Source: Flavobacteriales bacterium UBA6770 | Lineage (GTDB): Bacteria; Bacteroidota; Bacteroidia; Flavobacteriales_G; Salibacteraceae | Assembly: GCA_905181875.1 (NCBI GenBank) | Contig: CAJIZH010000003.1 | Coordinates: 1,098,419-1,162,418, forward strand | Length of the DNA: 64,000 nt | Direction of reading: 5' to 3' | Shown: piece after piece, positions 20,872 through 30,309 of the stretch | Position numbering within the stretch: position 1 is the stretch's first letter | Layout of the letters: the number at the start of each line of letters is the position of its first letter | Position numbers and translations under genes: made by a program | The notes under the pieces: generated by a model | The model's input: the letters and a program-made list of their open reading frames with translations, nothing else | The model's database searches: none | Told to the model about the DNA's origin: nothing

Positions 20872-21497
20872 GCTTCAAGTGCAACAACTTCAGTAATCTC
20901 AGGCATCATTTGGTTGAATAAACCTTGAATTCCATTTTTAAGAGTAACGCTAGAAGATGGACATCCACTGCAAGAACCTTTTAGAATAACAGTAACGGTT
21001 CCTTTATTATCATACGAATGGTAATCAATAGCTCCACCATCGCTTTCAACAGCTGGACGAACATACTCTTCTAAAATCTCTACAATTCTTTTTTCAGTAT
21101 CGGTTTCTGGTAGTTTCGGTTTTGGAATATCCGTTTTAGCCTCAGCAGCAACTTGCTTTTCAGTTGTTATTGTCTTTGGGTTTTCTGTGAAAATGTCATT
21201 TCCGGCGGTTAGATAATCGAATAAATAGGACCGAACTTCTCCAAATACCTCTTGCCAATCTACCAGGTCATTTTTGGTAATGGTAATAAAGTCATTAGAG
21301 AAAAATACACTAGTAACAAACGGAAAAGTGAATAGGCGCGCCGCTAATGGGGCCTTTGAGGTTTCTCCAACATTATGAAACTCAACACTCGATCCCGATT
21401 CAGTGAATGCTAAACTGCAAACAAATTTCATTGTTGCCGGATTTGGAGTGCTTTCGGCGTAAACCGTCATTGGGATTTTTTTTTCTGTAGTATCCAT
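20868..21497 (-). CDS. NifU-family Fe-S cluster scaffold/carrier (Nfu_N + NifU C-terminal domain)
   Basis: C-terminal CSGCPSS motif and an N-terminal Nfu-like domain. Confidence 0.85.
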   Translation of the reverse strand: MDTTEKKIPMTVYAESTPNPATMKFVCSLAFTESGSSVEFHNVGETSKAPLAARLFTFPFVTSVFFSNDFITITKNDLVDWQEVFGEVRSYLFDYLTAGNDIFTENPKTITTEKQVAAEAKTDIPKPKLPETDTEKRIVEILEEYVRPAVESDGGAIDYHSYDNKGTVTVILKGSCSGCPSSSVTLKNGIQGLFNQMMPEITEVVALEA

Positions 21498-21523
21498 GTT
21501 GAAAATGTAAAATGAGTTTTATG

Positions 21524-21531
21524 CAAATTTA
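21524..21531 (-). promoter_or_regulatory. candidate -7 box (TAAATTTG on minus strand) for the NifU-like gene
   Basis: The plus-strand CAAATTTA is the reverse complement of TAAATTTG, 26 nt upstream of the ATG at 21497. Confidence 0.4.
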
Positions 21532-21576
21532 ATTCGCGGTTTGGTGCAACGGTCAATTAATAGTTGATTATTGTTA

Positions 21577-21584
21577 TAATTTTG
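21577..21584 (+). promoter_or_regulatory. candidate -7 box (TAATTTTG) for the Cys-rich protein / TonB-receptor pair
   Basis: Matches TAnnTTTG only 7 nt upstream of the ATG at 21592, which implies a leaderless or near-leaderless mRNA. Confidence 0.4.
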
Positions 21585-21591
21585 TAACCTA

Positions 21592-21975
21592 ATGATTATT
21601 AGACAAATATTAATTGGATTACTATCCTCTATTGTGCTCACGGCATCAACTGGAGCAACACTTCATCAAATGGTGTGTTTACACTCCGGTAATGCAGAGT
21701 ATTCTTTTAATGACATTGACTGTTGCAAAGGCAATAATGAACAAGAAAGTGTAACTCGATGTTGCTGTGAATATTTTTCTATTACCTATCAGTCTGCTGA
21801 TCTAGCGAATACAAATTCTGAATACAATTATAATTTAGTTGTGCTGGCAGCTTCTTCTAGTAACTTGACTGAGCAGCAATTTTTTCCTAAAAATCAAATT
21901 ATTCCAAATCAATACAATCTTCCACCTCCTCACAAACAACCTATTTACAAGGAGCTACAAAGTTTTTTATGCTAG
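21592..21975 (+). CDS. small secreted/anchored Cys-rich protein, resembles the family I recall being named HYC_CC_PP
   Basis: N-terminal hydrophobic segment, then H..VC (LHQMVC), CC (DCCK, RCCCEY) and PP (LPPPH) motifs in that order. It sits immediately upstream of a TonB-dependent receptor. Confidence 0.5.
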   Translation: MIIRQILIGLLSSIVLTASTGATLHQMVCLHSGNAEYSFNDIDCCKGNNEQESVTRCCCEYFSITYQSADLANTNSEYNYNLVVLAASSSNLTEQQFFPKNQIIPNQYNLPPPHKQPIYKELQSFLC

Positions 21976-22031
21976 CGATTGGATAACCGACCCTCAACCA
22001 ATTCGCATTTTAACAGCATAAAAACTATTAC

Positions 22032-24242
22032 ATGAAAAAAATAATATTGATTTTGGCCCTCGGGTTTTCAGTGTATTCTATCAAAGCTCAAATTACGGGA
22101 GAGGTATTTCCCAGTGTTAATGACAAACACGGAAAAGGATTACCTGGTGCAAATGTTTATTGGGAAGGGGCGAATACGGGAACTTCTACAGACACTACCG
22201 GAGCGTTCATGATTCTTCCTCCTGCAAGGCTTCCAGCAAATCTTATTATTTCATTTATCGGATTTAAAACCGATACAATAAAAGTATTTAAACCCGAAGA
22301 GAGCCTGCACGTTGGATTAATACCAACGCTTGAAATGGATGAATTTGTTGTTCAAGAACGAAAGCAATCGACTTCTTATGATATGATGTCTATTAGACAG
22401 ATAGAACAGATTGGTGCATCTGAACTTACGCGTGCTGCATGTTGTAATATTTCGGAGGCATTTGAAACTAATGCTTCGGTAGATGTGGTTTCTAGTGATG
22501 GGGTAACTGGAGCTAAGAAAATTCAGATGCTCGGTTTGGATGGAATTTATACAAGCCTGCAATTTGAAAACATTCCATTAGTTCGAGGTCTTGCCAATTT
22601 GGATGGATTAGCTCATATCCCAGGAAGCTGGGTGCAGAGCATACAGATCTCCAAGGGTTCGGGTTCGGTAGTTAACGGTTACGAGGGAATGACGGGTCAA
22701 ATTAATTTAGAGTTTTTAAAACCTGATGATTTGAAGGAAAAGGTGTTCATTAATTTATACGGAAACGTAATGGGCAGGTCTGAAATAAATGCCCACATTG
22801 GAGATAAACTGAATGAAAAATGGAGCACCCTATTTCTTGCGCATGCAAATATGAATCAGATTCCGCTAGATAATAATAACGATGGTTTCATGGATGTAAC
22901 TCTAAAAAAGCAACTTAACCTATTCAGTAGATGGAAGTATAAAGGGGAACACTACCGTGCTCAGTTTGGTGTAAGAGGCATAGTAGAAGAAAAAACGGGC
23001 GGAGAAATGAATTTCAATCCAGAAACAAATTTTGGCGCGACCAACCTCTATGGTGTTGGAGCTAACGGAAATCACATAGAGGGTTTTTATAAGAGTGGGA
23101 TTGTCTTCGATAAAAGGCCTTGGCGAAGTTTAGCAATCATTACACGTGGAAGTTATCACGACCAAACCCTTTTCGCCGGGCTAATGAATTATAAAGGAAA
23201 TGAAACTTATTTTTATTCAAACTTCATTTTCTCGGATATTATCAAAACTACAGAGCACAAATATAAGTTGGGTGCTAGCTATGTTTTTGATGATTACAAT
23301 GAAACATTTAATGGGAAGAATTATGTCAGAACTGAACATGTACCCGGGATTTATGGTGAATATACTTTTGCAAGAGATAAGATTCAAACGATATTAGGAG
23401 CTCGTTCAGATTTTCATAATTTGTATGGTACTCAAGTTAGTCCTAAGGCCAATTTTAAATATGAGTTTAGTAAGAGAGGAGCAGCTCGTGTTTCTATGGG
23501 CAGAGGCTTTAGAGTTGCTAATATATTTGTAGATAATAACTCCACCTTTGTTAGTCAACGTGTAATTTCTATTCAAAATAATTTACTGCCAGAGGTGGCT
23601 TGGAATACTGGAATAAGCGCAACACAGAAAGTGGAAATTGCTGAACGAGACCTTACTTTGCATGTAGAATATTTCTATACTCAATTTGAAAACCAGGTAG
23701 TTGTTGACAGGGAGACGCCTGGTGCACTAAGTTTCTACAATTTGACAGGAAGTTCGTATTCAAATGCAATTCAGGTTGAGGTCGGATATGAACCATGGAA
23801 GGTTTTTGAAATAAGAACAGCTATGAAATACCTAGACGTTCAAAGTACCTATGCTGGAGTTCAAAAGCAAATGCCTTTGGTTCCTAATTGGAGAGGAATG
23901 GTAACCCTTGGCTATCAGACTTTAAATAAAAAGTGGCAGGCAGATTTTACTACTCAATTCGTAGGCGAAAGCAGAATTCCTAGCACAATCGGAAATGCTC
24001 CTGAAAATATTAGAAATGAAAAAAGCAGTTCTTATTTTCTTATAAATACTCAGCTTACTCGAAGATTTAGACATATAGAAGTTTATGCTGGATCAGAAAA
24101 TTTAGGCGACTACCGTCAGCCAAATGCCATCATATCTGCAGATAAACCTTTTGATTCTGATTTTGATGCATCTATGATTTGGGGCCCAATATTCGGAAGA
24201 TCATTTTATGCGGGTTTGCGCTTGATGTTTCTTAAGTCATAA
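22032..24242 (+). CDS. TonB-dependent receptor with N-terminal carboxypeptidase-regulatory-like domain
   Basis: Signal peptide, CarboxypepD_reg-like segment (GLPGANVYW...TDTTGAF), plug motifs and a long barrel with a C-terminal aromatic-rich strand. Confidence 0.85.
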   Translation: MKKIILILALGFSVYSIKAQITGEVFPSVNDKHGKGLPGANVYWEGANTGTSTDTTGAFMILPPARLPANLIISFIGFKTDTIKVFKPEESLHVGLIPTLEMDEFVVQERKQSTSYDMMSIRQIEQIGASELTRAACCNISEAFETNASVDVVSSDGVTGAKKIQMLGLDGIYTSLQFENIPLVRGLANLDGLAHIPGSWVQSIQISKGSGSVVNGYEGMTGQINLEFLKPDDLKEKVFINLYGNVMGRSEINAHIGDKLNEKWSTLFLAHANMNQIPLDNNNDGFMDVTLKKQLNLFSRWKYKGEHYRAQFGVRGIVEEKTGGEMNFNPETNFGATNLYGVGANGNHIEGFYKSGIVFDKRPWRSLAIITRGSYHDQTLFAGLMNYKGNETYFYSNFIFSDIIKTTEHKYKLGASYVFDDYNETFNGKNYVRTEHVPGIYGEYTFARDKIQTILGARSDFHNLYGTQVSPKANFKYEFSKRGAARVSMGRGFRVANIFVDNNSTFVSQRVISIQNNLLPEVAWNTGISATQKVEIAERDLTLHVEYFYTQFENQVVVDRETPGALSFYNLTGSSYSNAIQVEVGYEPWKVFEIRTAMKYLDVQSTYAGVQKQMPLVPNWRGMVTLGYQTLNKKWQADFTTQFVGESRIPSTIGNAPENIRNEKSSSYFLINTQLTRRFRHIEVYAGSENLGDYRQPNAIISADKPFDSDFDASMIWGPIFGRSFYAGLRLMFLKS

Positions 24243-24378
24243 TGTCTGTAAATCAACGGGTTAAGTGACAGCATGGCAGCTAACAAAAGTTAATTCGGTC
24301 ATAATTTCAGTATAAGTGAAATTGGCAATGCTCTTGTTCTACAGCAGCCAAACAGAAACAATTTAAAACTTATATATC

Positions 24379-24810
24379 ATGACACTAATTAGAAGAAAAC
24401 CATTTGCAGTAAATTCGATTTTTGAAGACCTATTTGATAACGCTATTGTGAGAAACGATAGTTGGAAAGGAGGGTATAGTTTTCCTGCAATCAATATTAT
24501 TAAATCAGAAGTTGGTTTCGAGCTTGAGCTGGCAGCACCGGGAATGAAAAAGTCCGATTTTAATATTGAAATTAAGGAAGGAACCTTAATGATTTCATCC
24601 GAATTAAAGTCTGAAAGAGAAGAAAATAAATCCGAACTTAATTATACAAGGAAAGAGTTTTCCTACAATTCATTTTCCAGAAGCTTTACACTTCCTAAGG
24701 AAGTTGATGAAGAGAAAATAGAAGCTAAATATGAAGAAGGAATTCTACAAATAAGGATTCCAAATTCAGAGGCTAAAATCCAAAAGTCAAAGCAAATAGA
24801 GATTGGTTAA
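24379..24810 (+). CDS. Hsp20/alpha-crystallin small heat-shock protein
   Basis: Alpha-crystallin domain pattern (FELELAAPGMKKSDFNIE...F.R.F.LP...GIL.I..P). Confidence 0.9.
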   Translation: MTLIRRKPFAVNSIFEDLFDNAIVRNDSWKGGYSFPAINIIKSEVGFELELAAPGMKKSDFNIEIKEGTLMISSELKSEREENKSELNYTRKEFSYNSFSRSFTLPKEVDEEKIEAKYEEGILQIRIPNSEAKIQKSKQIEIG

Positions 24811-24872
24811 ACTTGACAGACAGTCAAAAGTCAGAACAGAAAAATGTGTTCCAATTTACGGGGCGCATTTTT

Positions 24873-26639
24873 TTATTCCTTTATTTCTATGCGGTTAAGT
24901 TGTACTTTTTGGTAATATGATTTAGGGCTACTTATGACAATATAAACCAATGGAAGTAATGCAACAGCTGTAATTATTCTACTAGTTCTCATTTTTCGCT
25001 TTATACCATATGAGTATAGATTGCCTTTACTTTGTGAAATGTTATTTAGATATAAACCCAGATTAGTTTTGTCCTTTGAGATATATTCTTGAGGGTGATT
25101 CAGCTGATAATTACCATTTTTATTATTGATAGCAGCAATGGAAAAATCTCTTTTTGTTTTCTTCCACTTCGCTTTCTTTCCTCGAATATCAGACTTATCA
25201 TATTCATTGTAAATACGCTGTGTAGAAAAGAGTAGATTATCCTTTTTTCCATTTTTAGATCGATCCAAATAGATTGATTTTAGGTTCCAAATAGCAGAGC
25301 TACTACTTGACCATTTAGTATACTTTCTTATTGTATTAAAATAGTTAAACTCACCATCCTCTGTCATATTGAAAAAGAAGACGCTCCCTCTTTCCGAGGT
25401 ATAAGTGGTTGATGTATTTCCATTCTGATCAGTTGTGGTGATAACAGAGTTATTAATTGGCTGACAGTAAGCGGTAATTTCTTGTTTAGAGTCATTAATA
25501 ATAAGTTCGCTTATTTGAGCGTTGTTTGAGATATTTTCTCTAGTAGCTGCTTTTTTCTTTCCAAACAACCCAACCAGTGTATTCTGGGTATTAATTCTAA
25601 ATAGAAATTCATCAGGAAAATCAGTAGCTTTTTTAAACTTTAATTTACCAGAATTAGCATCTATACGCATATAAAAAACACCTTGTATATTCCCTCCCTT
25701 TTTTGCCTTTGTTAAGTCAGAATAAAATCCAGCAGCGTAGATGGTGTTGCCGTCGGTATTTGTCACAATTTCTTCCAGATTCTTTTGATCATCAAGTTTA
25801 ATTGGGATTTCTGTGTAGGTTTTAGACTTCATATCCATTACATAAATCGTGTTAACCCATTTATCAGCGTTTTTATCAATCTTCTCCTTTCCTCTTTTAT
25901 TACTAGTGGTAACTTCTTGGCGGATACTAATCCTCCCCGTTATCTTCCCAAGATTAGATAATGACACGCTATTCAACAAAGTACTTTCACCATAAAACCA
26001 GCGCGAAAAGCCCGAAGCAGCAGATTCTATTTCAATGTCAATTTTTCCTGAACTTATAAGATCAAAGTTTTCATCTATTTCTTTAAATTCAAGAAATTGT
26101 GATTCATCCTTACCAACGTAATTTATTGTGGCTAAAACAGTATTTGAATAATTACTGTTTGCTAAACCAATAAATTCTCTTTGAGAAGGATCATACGTCA
26201 GAACCTTTTCAAAATCTTTTTTTGAATTAAGATTAAGGTCGAATGTTCCTAGGTAAACATCTCTTGTTCCTTTATCTCTTTTGTTGTCAAAAAAGAAAAT
26301 TAGCCCATTTTTGGTTAACAAATATTTTTCTAAAAGAAAGTTTTTATACCGTTGTGGGTCATCTGGATTATCAGGTATAAGTTTTTGAGACCTTATCAAA
26401 AGCATGTCTTCATTAGCATACATGCCGATGTGTAAAGAAGGTAAGGTTGAAGTTTTCACGGGTTGAGTAGAATACAATACGTAGTAAATACCGTTTTCTT
26501 CACCAAGCATTTCTTGCACATAAATTCTAGGATTTTTATGCTCGTATATAGGAGATGTAATCACCTTAGGGTCGGTTTGCGAAAAACTAGTGTAAAGTGA
26601 GCAAAAAAACAGAACAGTGATAAGTTGTTTTAAAAACAT
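24873..26639 (-). CDS. hypothetical secreted protein with C-terminal TM anchor (588 aa), no recognisable family
   Basis: Signal peptide MFLKQLITVLFFCSLYTSFSQ, long beta-rich Asn/Lys/Thr-rich body, and a C-terminal hydrophobic helix IITAVALLPLVYIVISS. Confidence 0.6.
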   Translation of the reverse strand: MFLKQLITVLFFCSLYTSFSQTDPKVITSPIYEHKNPRIYVQEMLGEENGIYYVLYSTQPVKTSTLPSLHIGMYANEDMLLIRSQKLIPDNPDDPQRYKNFLLEKYLLTKNGLIFFFDNKRDKGTRDVYLGTFDLNLNSKKDFEKVLTYDPSQREFIGLANSNYSNTVLATINYVGKDESQFLEFKEIDENFDLISSGKIDIEIESAASGFSRWFYGESTLLNSVSLSNLGKITGRISIRQEVTTSNKRGKEKIDKNADKWVNTIYVMDMKSKTYTEIPIKLDDQKNLEEIVTNTDGNTIYAAGFYSDLTKAKKGGNIQGVFYMRIDANSGKLKFKKATDFPDEFLFRINTQNTLVGLFGKKKAATRENISNNAQISELIINDSKQEITAYCQPINNSVITTTDQNGNTSTTYTSERGSVFFFNMTEDGEFNYFNTIRKYTKWSSSSSAIWNLKSIYLDRSKNGKKDNLLFSTQRIYNEYDKSDIRGKKAKWKKTKRDFSIAAINNKNGNYQLNHPQEYISKDKTNLGLYLNNISQSKGNLYSYGIKRKMRTSRIITAVALLPLVYIVISSPKSYYQKVQLNRIEIKE

Positions 26640-26651
26640 AGTTGAGGTTTT

Positions 26652-27341
26652 TTATTCACCGAAAGCGAATTCAAGTTTATAAGAAATGAAAACATTAAGT
26701 ACTAACTGAATAAAACCGGTTTGTCTCAGTTGCATATTTGAGATTATAGAATTCTCATTATAAGTACTGAAATCATCAGAAACAAAGGCTAAAGACTTGA
26801 CTCTTATTATTCCAGCAGTAATAGAGAGTTCATTATATAAGTTTATCGTTAATTACAAATAATGCACCATAGCTAAAATATAAATTACGATTAGATGCTT
26901 TAAATAATTTTGAAAAAGTAGTTAAATCTATCTTAGTATAAGTAGGATAAATGCTTGGAGTTCATTTTAGAATACAACCAAAATTGCGAATCCCAAATAA
27001 GATGAAGTTGTTATCAAAGATCTCACTAAAATAGCCCTTGAATTCAGCGCGCCAAAACAATCCTATTTGATCAAGTTCGTTGCTAAACCTTAAGTGTTCT
27101 TCATTAAACATAAAATCGAGTATCCTGTTTAATTACATGTTGAAACACTTTAATATTTCCGGCCCCCTAGCTGCACTGGTAATATTAAATTGAGTAGCTT
27201 TTTGTAGCTGGAGTTCCAATATTCTCTAGTGTTCTTTGACTTATCATTGGAGTCAAAAACAGAGCCTTTGGGAGGCGTATGTTTTTTCTTGCGATAAGAA
27301 ACCAATGTGGAGTATACAAACAGTAGACCGGAAATAGAAAA
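26652..27341 (-). pseudogene. decayed ~230-codon outer-membrane beta-barrel-like gene (no start codon, at least 3 frame changes)
   Basis: Hand translation of the minus strand gives four consecutive coding-like fragments in different frames. Fragment 1: FSISGLLFVYSTLVSYRKKKHTPPKGSVFDSNDKSKNTREYWNSSYKKLLNLILPVQLGGRKY*. Fragment 2: LNRILDFMFNEEHLRFSNELDQIGLFWRAEFKGYFSEIFDNNFILFGIRNFGCILK*. Fragment 3: TPSIYPTYTKIDLTTFSKLFKASNRNLYFSYGALFVINDKLI*. Fragment 4: LTINLYNELSITAGIIRVKSLAFVSDDFSTYNENSIISNMQLRQTGFIQLVLNVFISYKLEFAFGE*. Confidence 0.5.
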
Positions 27342-27515
27342 TTAAAATAGGGAATCGGTTATTTCAATATTTGGAAATTTACTTGCAATGTAAATCTATC
27401 TGCTGACGCTTAGCAAGTAAAACGTATTCTTTGAATAGAATATTATATATAATTCTAAACATTCTATTTTTAGAAAGCTTTACATTATCGTTAAAACCCG
27501 CCCAATCAATTATTC

Positions 27516-27523
27516 TATTTTTG
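27516..27523 (+). promoter_or_regulatory. candidate -7 box (TATTTTTG) for the nucleotidyltransferase-TPR-DUF4292-M23 cluster
   Basis: Matches TAnnTTTG, 17 nt upstream of the ATG at 27541. Confidence 0.45.
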
Positions 27524-27540
27524 TAAGTTAAATTTAAATC

Positions 27541-28545
27541 ATGAACATAATCGTTCCAATGGCAGGTATGGGTAAACGAATGAGACCCCACACCCTAACA
27601 GTTCCAAAACCATTGATTCCAATTGCAGGCAAGCCTATCGTTCAGAGGTTAGTTGAGGATATTGCTGCAGTTGCAGGTTCAAAAATTGATGAAGTTGGAT
27701 TTATCATTGGCGATTTTGGCCAAGCAGTTGAAAATCAGTTATTAGATATCGCTAAAAGCTTAGGTGCTAAGGGTAAAATTTATTATCAAACGGAAGCTCT
27801 TGGAACAGCGCATGCTATACTTTGTGCTAAAGAAAGTTTAAAGGGTCCTTCAATTGTTGCTTTTGCAGATACACTATTCCGTGCCGACTTTAGTATGAAT
27901 ACAAGTTCTGATGGAGTGCTGTGGGTTTCTCAAATTGATGATCCCAGTGCATTCGGAGTTGTGAAAGTGAATGAGTCGAATGTAATTACTGACTTTGTAG
28001 AGAAGCCAAATGATTTTGTTTCAGATTTGGCTATGATTGGAATCTACTATTTTAAATCGGGAGAATCGTTGCGTGATGAGTGTCAATATTTAATTGACAA
28101 CGCAATTATAAACGATGGTGAATATCAATTGCCAGATGCTTTAAGAAACATGACGGCCAAAGGCATGCAATTTAACCCCGGCAAGGTTAAGGATTGGCTA
28201 GATTGCGGAAACAAAAATGCGACGTTAGATAGCAACCAGCGTGTATTGGGTTTTATAGCGGATAGTTTGTCGATTCCAACCAACGTTACTATTGAAAACT
28301 CCACAATTATTCAACCTTGTTATATTGGAGAAGGGGCTACTATTAAATCTTCAGTAGTAGGACCGCACGTAAGTATTGGTGACGGAACGATTATTGAAAA
28401 CAGCGTTATTAAAAATTCTATTATACAGTCAAATTCTGAGGTAAAACAGGCGGTTGTTGATAATTCAATGATTGGACATTTTGCAAAATATTGTCGAAGT
28501 TTTGACGACTTAAGTATTGGAGATTACAGTACAATAAATAGCTAA
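27541..28545 (+). CDS. sugar-phosphate nucleotidyltransferase with C-terminal left-handed beta-helix (GlmU/GMPP-like)
   Basis: N-terminal PMAGMGKRMRP...PKPLIPI NTP-transferase motif. C-terminal hexapeptide-repeat region (IGEGATIKSSVVGPHVSIGDGTIIENSVI...). Confidence 0.8.
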   Translation: MNIIVPMAGMGKRMRPHTLTVPKPLIPIAGKPIVQRLVEDIAAVAGSKIDEVGFIIGDFGQAVENQLLDIAKSLGAKGKIYYQTEALGTAHAILCAKESLKGPSIVAFADTLFRADFSMNTSSDGVLWVSQIDDPSAFGVVKVNESNVITDFVEKPNDFVSDLAMIGIYYFKSGESLRDECQYLIDNAIINDGEYQLPDALRNMTAKGMQFNPGKVKDWLDCGNKNATLDSNQRVLGFIADSLSIPTNVTIENSTIIQPCYIGEGATIKSSVVGPHVSIGDGTIIENSVIKNSIIQSNSEVKQAVVDNSMIGHFAKYCRSFDDLSIGDYSTINS

Positions 28546-28554
28546 ATAACAAGT

Positions 28555-30306
28555 TTGAAAAAAAGCATTCAATTATTTTTTGCGTTAACCGGATTGGTTT
28601 TTTTGTTAGGCTCCTGTTCGACTTCTAAGAAAATAAAACAAAATGGAATAGCGGATAAGAATACATCAACACTTTCCCAAAAAGATGAAATTCAATTAAA
28701 GAACCTCTTCTTTGAAGCCAGCAGAGAGAAGGCCCTGAGTAATTATGCCGCTGCTCAAAAGTATTATGAGCAATGTTTAGCCTTAGACCCCAACCACAGT
28801 GGAAGTCTTTTTGAGTTATCAAGTATTTATCAAACACAATCGAGATTTTCTGATGCCGTGTTATGTATAGAAAAAGCGACTACGCTTGAACCAAATAATA
28901 AATGGTATTTGCAGTCACAAGCTATATTATACGAGCAAACCAAACAATACGAAAAAGGGTCAAAAACCTATGCTGCTCTTATTGCTGTAAATCCAAAGGA
29001 GTTGGCTTACTACGAAGGTGAGGCGAGAATGTATCTGTACCAAAACAATCTCAAAAAAGCCATGAAGGTGTACGATAAGATTGAAGGAAAATTTGGAATA
29101 TTAGAACTAGTAGTTATGCAAAGACAACAAGTACTCCTTGGTGTCAAAAAATACGATTTGGCTATTGTCGAAGCTCAGAAATTGGTTGATTCTGCTCCAG
29201 GAACGCCGAAATACTATAACAATTTGGCGGATGTTTATCGTAAAGCAGGTCAAAAAGAAAAAGCAACTGAGACCTATAAGAAATTGCTTGAATTGGACCC
29301 TAACAATGCCCTTGTTCAGCTTTCAATGGCCACATATTATATGGAAGATGGCAATACTGAAAAAGGTCAAAAATTATTAAGAAAAGCCTTCAGAAATCCA
29401 GGTTTAGATTTTGAAAGTAAGGGCAGAATCTTGTTGAATAATGTGATGAAGCAAGATAAAAGTACGGGAGAGGTTGATGAATTTACATTTGAGTTAATCG
29501 ATTCTGTGAAGATTGCTCACCCACTGAATGCTCAGATTCATGCAATCGAGGCTGATCTTCTATTTCAAAATAAACAAGAAGATAAAAGTTTAGCTGCTTA
29601 CAAGAGAAGTCTGGCTATCGATTCAAATCAATTTCTGATTTGGAATCGTGTCTTATTTATTCATTCCGATCAAGAAAATTGGTTGGCGATGTATATCGAT
29701 GGCAAAGCGGCTATTGAATTATTTCCTAGCCAAGGAACGCTGTATTATCTAGTAGGAATTGGAGCCAACCAAATGAAGAATTACAAGGAAGCTATTGATG
29801 TTCTCGAAACGGGAAAAGATTTCATCATAGACAATAATCAGCTTTTGATACAACTTTATTCGACATTAGGCGAGGCCTACCATAATTTGAAGAACTATAA
29901 AAATTCCGACGCTAATTTCGATAAGAGTTTGGAATTAGAACCCAATAATATATTAGTGCTTAACAACTACAGTTATTACTTATCGCTAAGAGGCGAGAAA
30001 CTGGAGCAGGCCAAAACCATGTCTAAAAAGACAATTGAACAAGAACCCAATTCAGCAATTTATTTGGATACATATGCTTGGATATTGTTTATGAATCAAG
30101 AATACGAGGAAGCAAAGAAGTACATGGAAGTTGCGCTGAACAATGGCGGAAATACACAAGGAGTTTTGGTGGAGCATTATGGTGACATTCTCTTTCGTCT
30201 AAATGATATTGAAGGAGCTTTAAAGCATTGGAACATGGCTAAGGAAATGGGAGATGCTTCAAATAAGATTGATGAAAAAATCAAAAAGAAAATCTACATT
30301 CCCTAG
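28555..30306 (+). CDS. TPR-repeat lipoprotein
   Basis: TTG start, lipobox LLGSCS and many TPR-like repeats (A..Y...L.L.PNN). Confidence 0.75.
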   Translation: MKKSIQLFFALTGLVFLLGSCSTSKKIKQNGIADKNTSTLSQKDEIQLKNLFFEASREKALSNYAAAQKYYEQCLALDPNHSGSLFELSSIYQTQSRFSDAVLCIEKATTLEPNNKWYLQSQAILYEQTKQYEKGSKTYAALIAVNPKELAYYEGEARMYLYQNNLKKAMKVYDKIEGKFGILELVVMQRQQVLLGVKKYDLAIVEAQKLVDSAPGTPKYYNNLADVYRKAGQKEKATETYKKLLELDPNNALVQLSMATYYMEDGNTEKGQKLLRKAFRNPGLDFESKGRILLNNVMKQDKSTGEVDEFTFELIDSVKIAHPLNAQIHAIEADLLFQNKQEDKSLAAYKRSLAIDSNQFLIWNRVLFIHSDQENWLAMYIDGKAAIELFPSQGTLYYLVGIGANQMKNYKEAIDVLETGKDFIIDNNQLLIQLYSTLGEAYHNLKNYKNSDANFDKSLELEPNNILVLNNYSYYLSLRGEKLEQAKTMSKKTIEQEPNSAIYLDTYAWILFMNQEYEEAKKYMEVALNNGGNTQGVLVEHYGDILFRLNDIEGALKHWNMAKEMGDASNKIDEKIKKKIYIP

Positions 30307-30309
30307 AAT

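Noticed and set aside
24323-24337. Sigma-54-like -24/-12 element TGGCAATGCTCTTGT about 40 nt upstream of hsp20
   Set aside because: The spacing fits TGGCAC-N5-TTGC, but the critical -12 GC is GT. No enhancer-binding protein gene is nearby, and one near-match is expected by chance. Note that hsp20 also lacks a TAnnTTTG box.
27379-27591. 70-aa minus-strand ORF overlapping the nucleotidyltransferase start
   Set aside because: It overlaps the strongly supported start of the plus-strand gene and its promoter-like box, and has no motif support.
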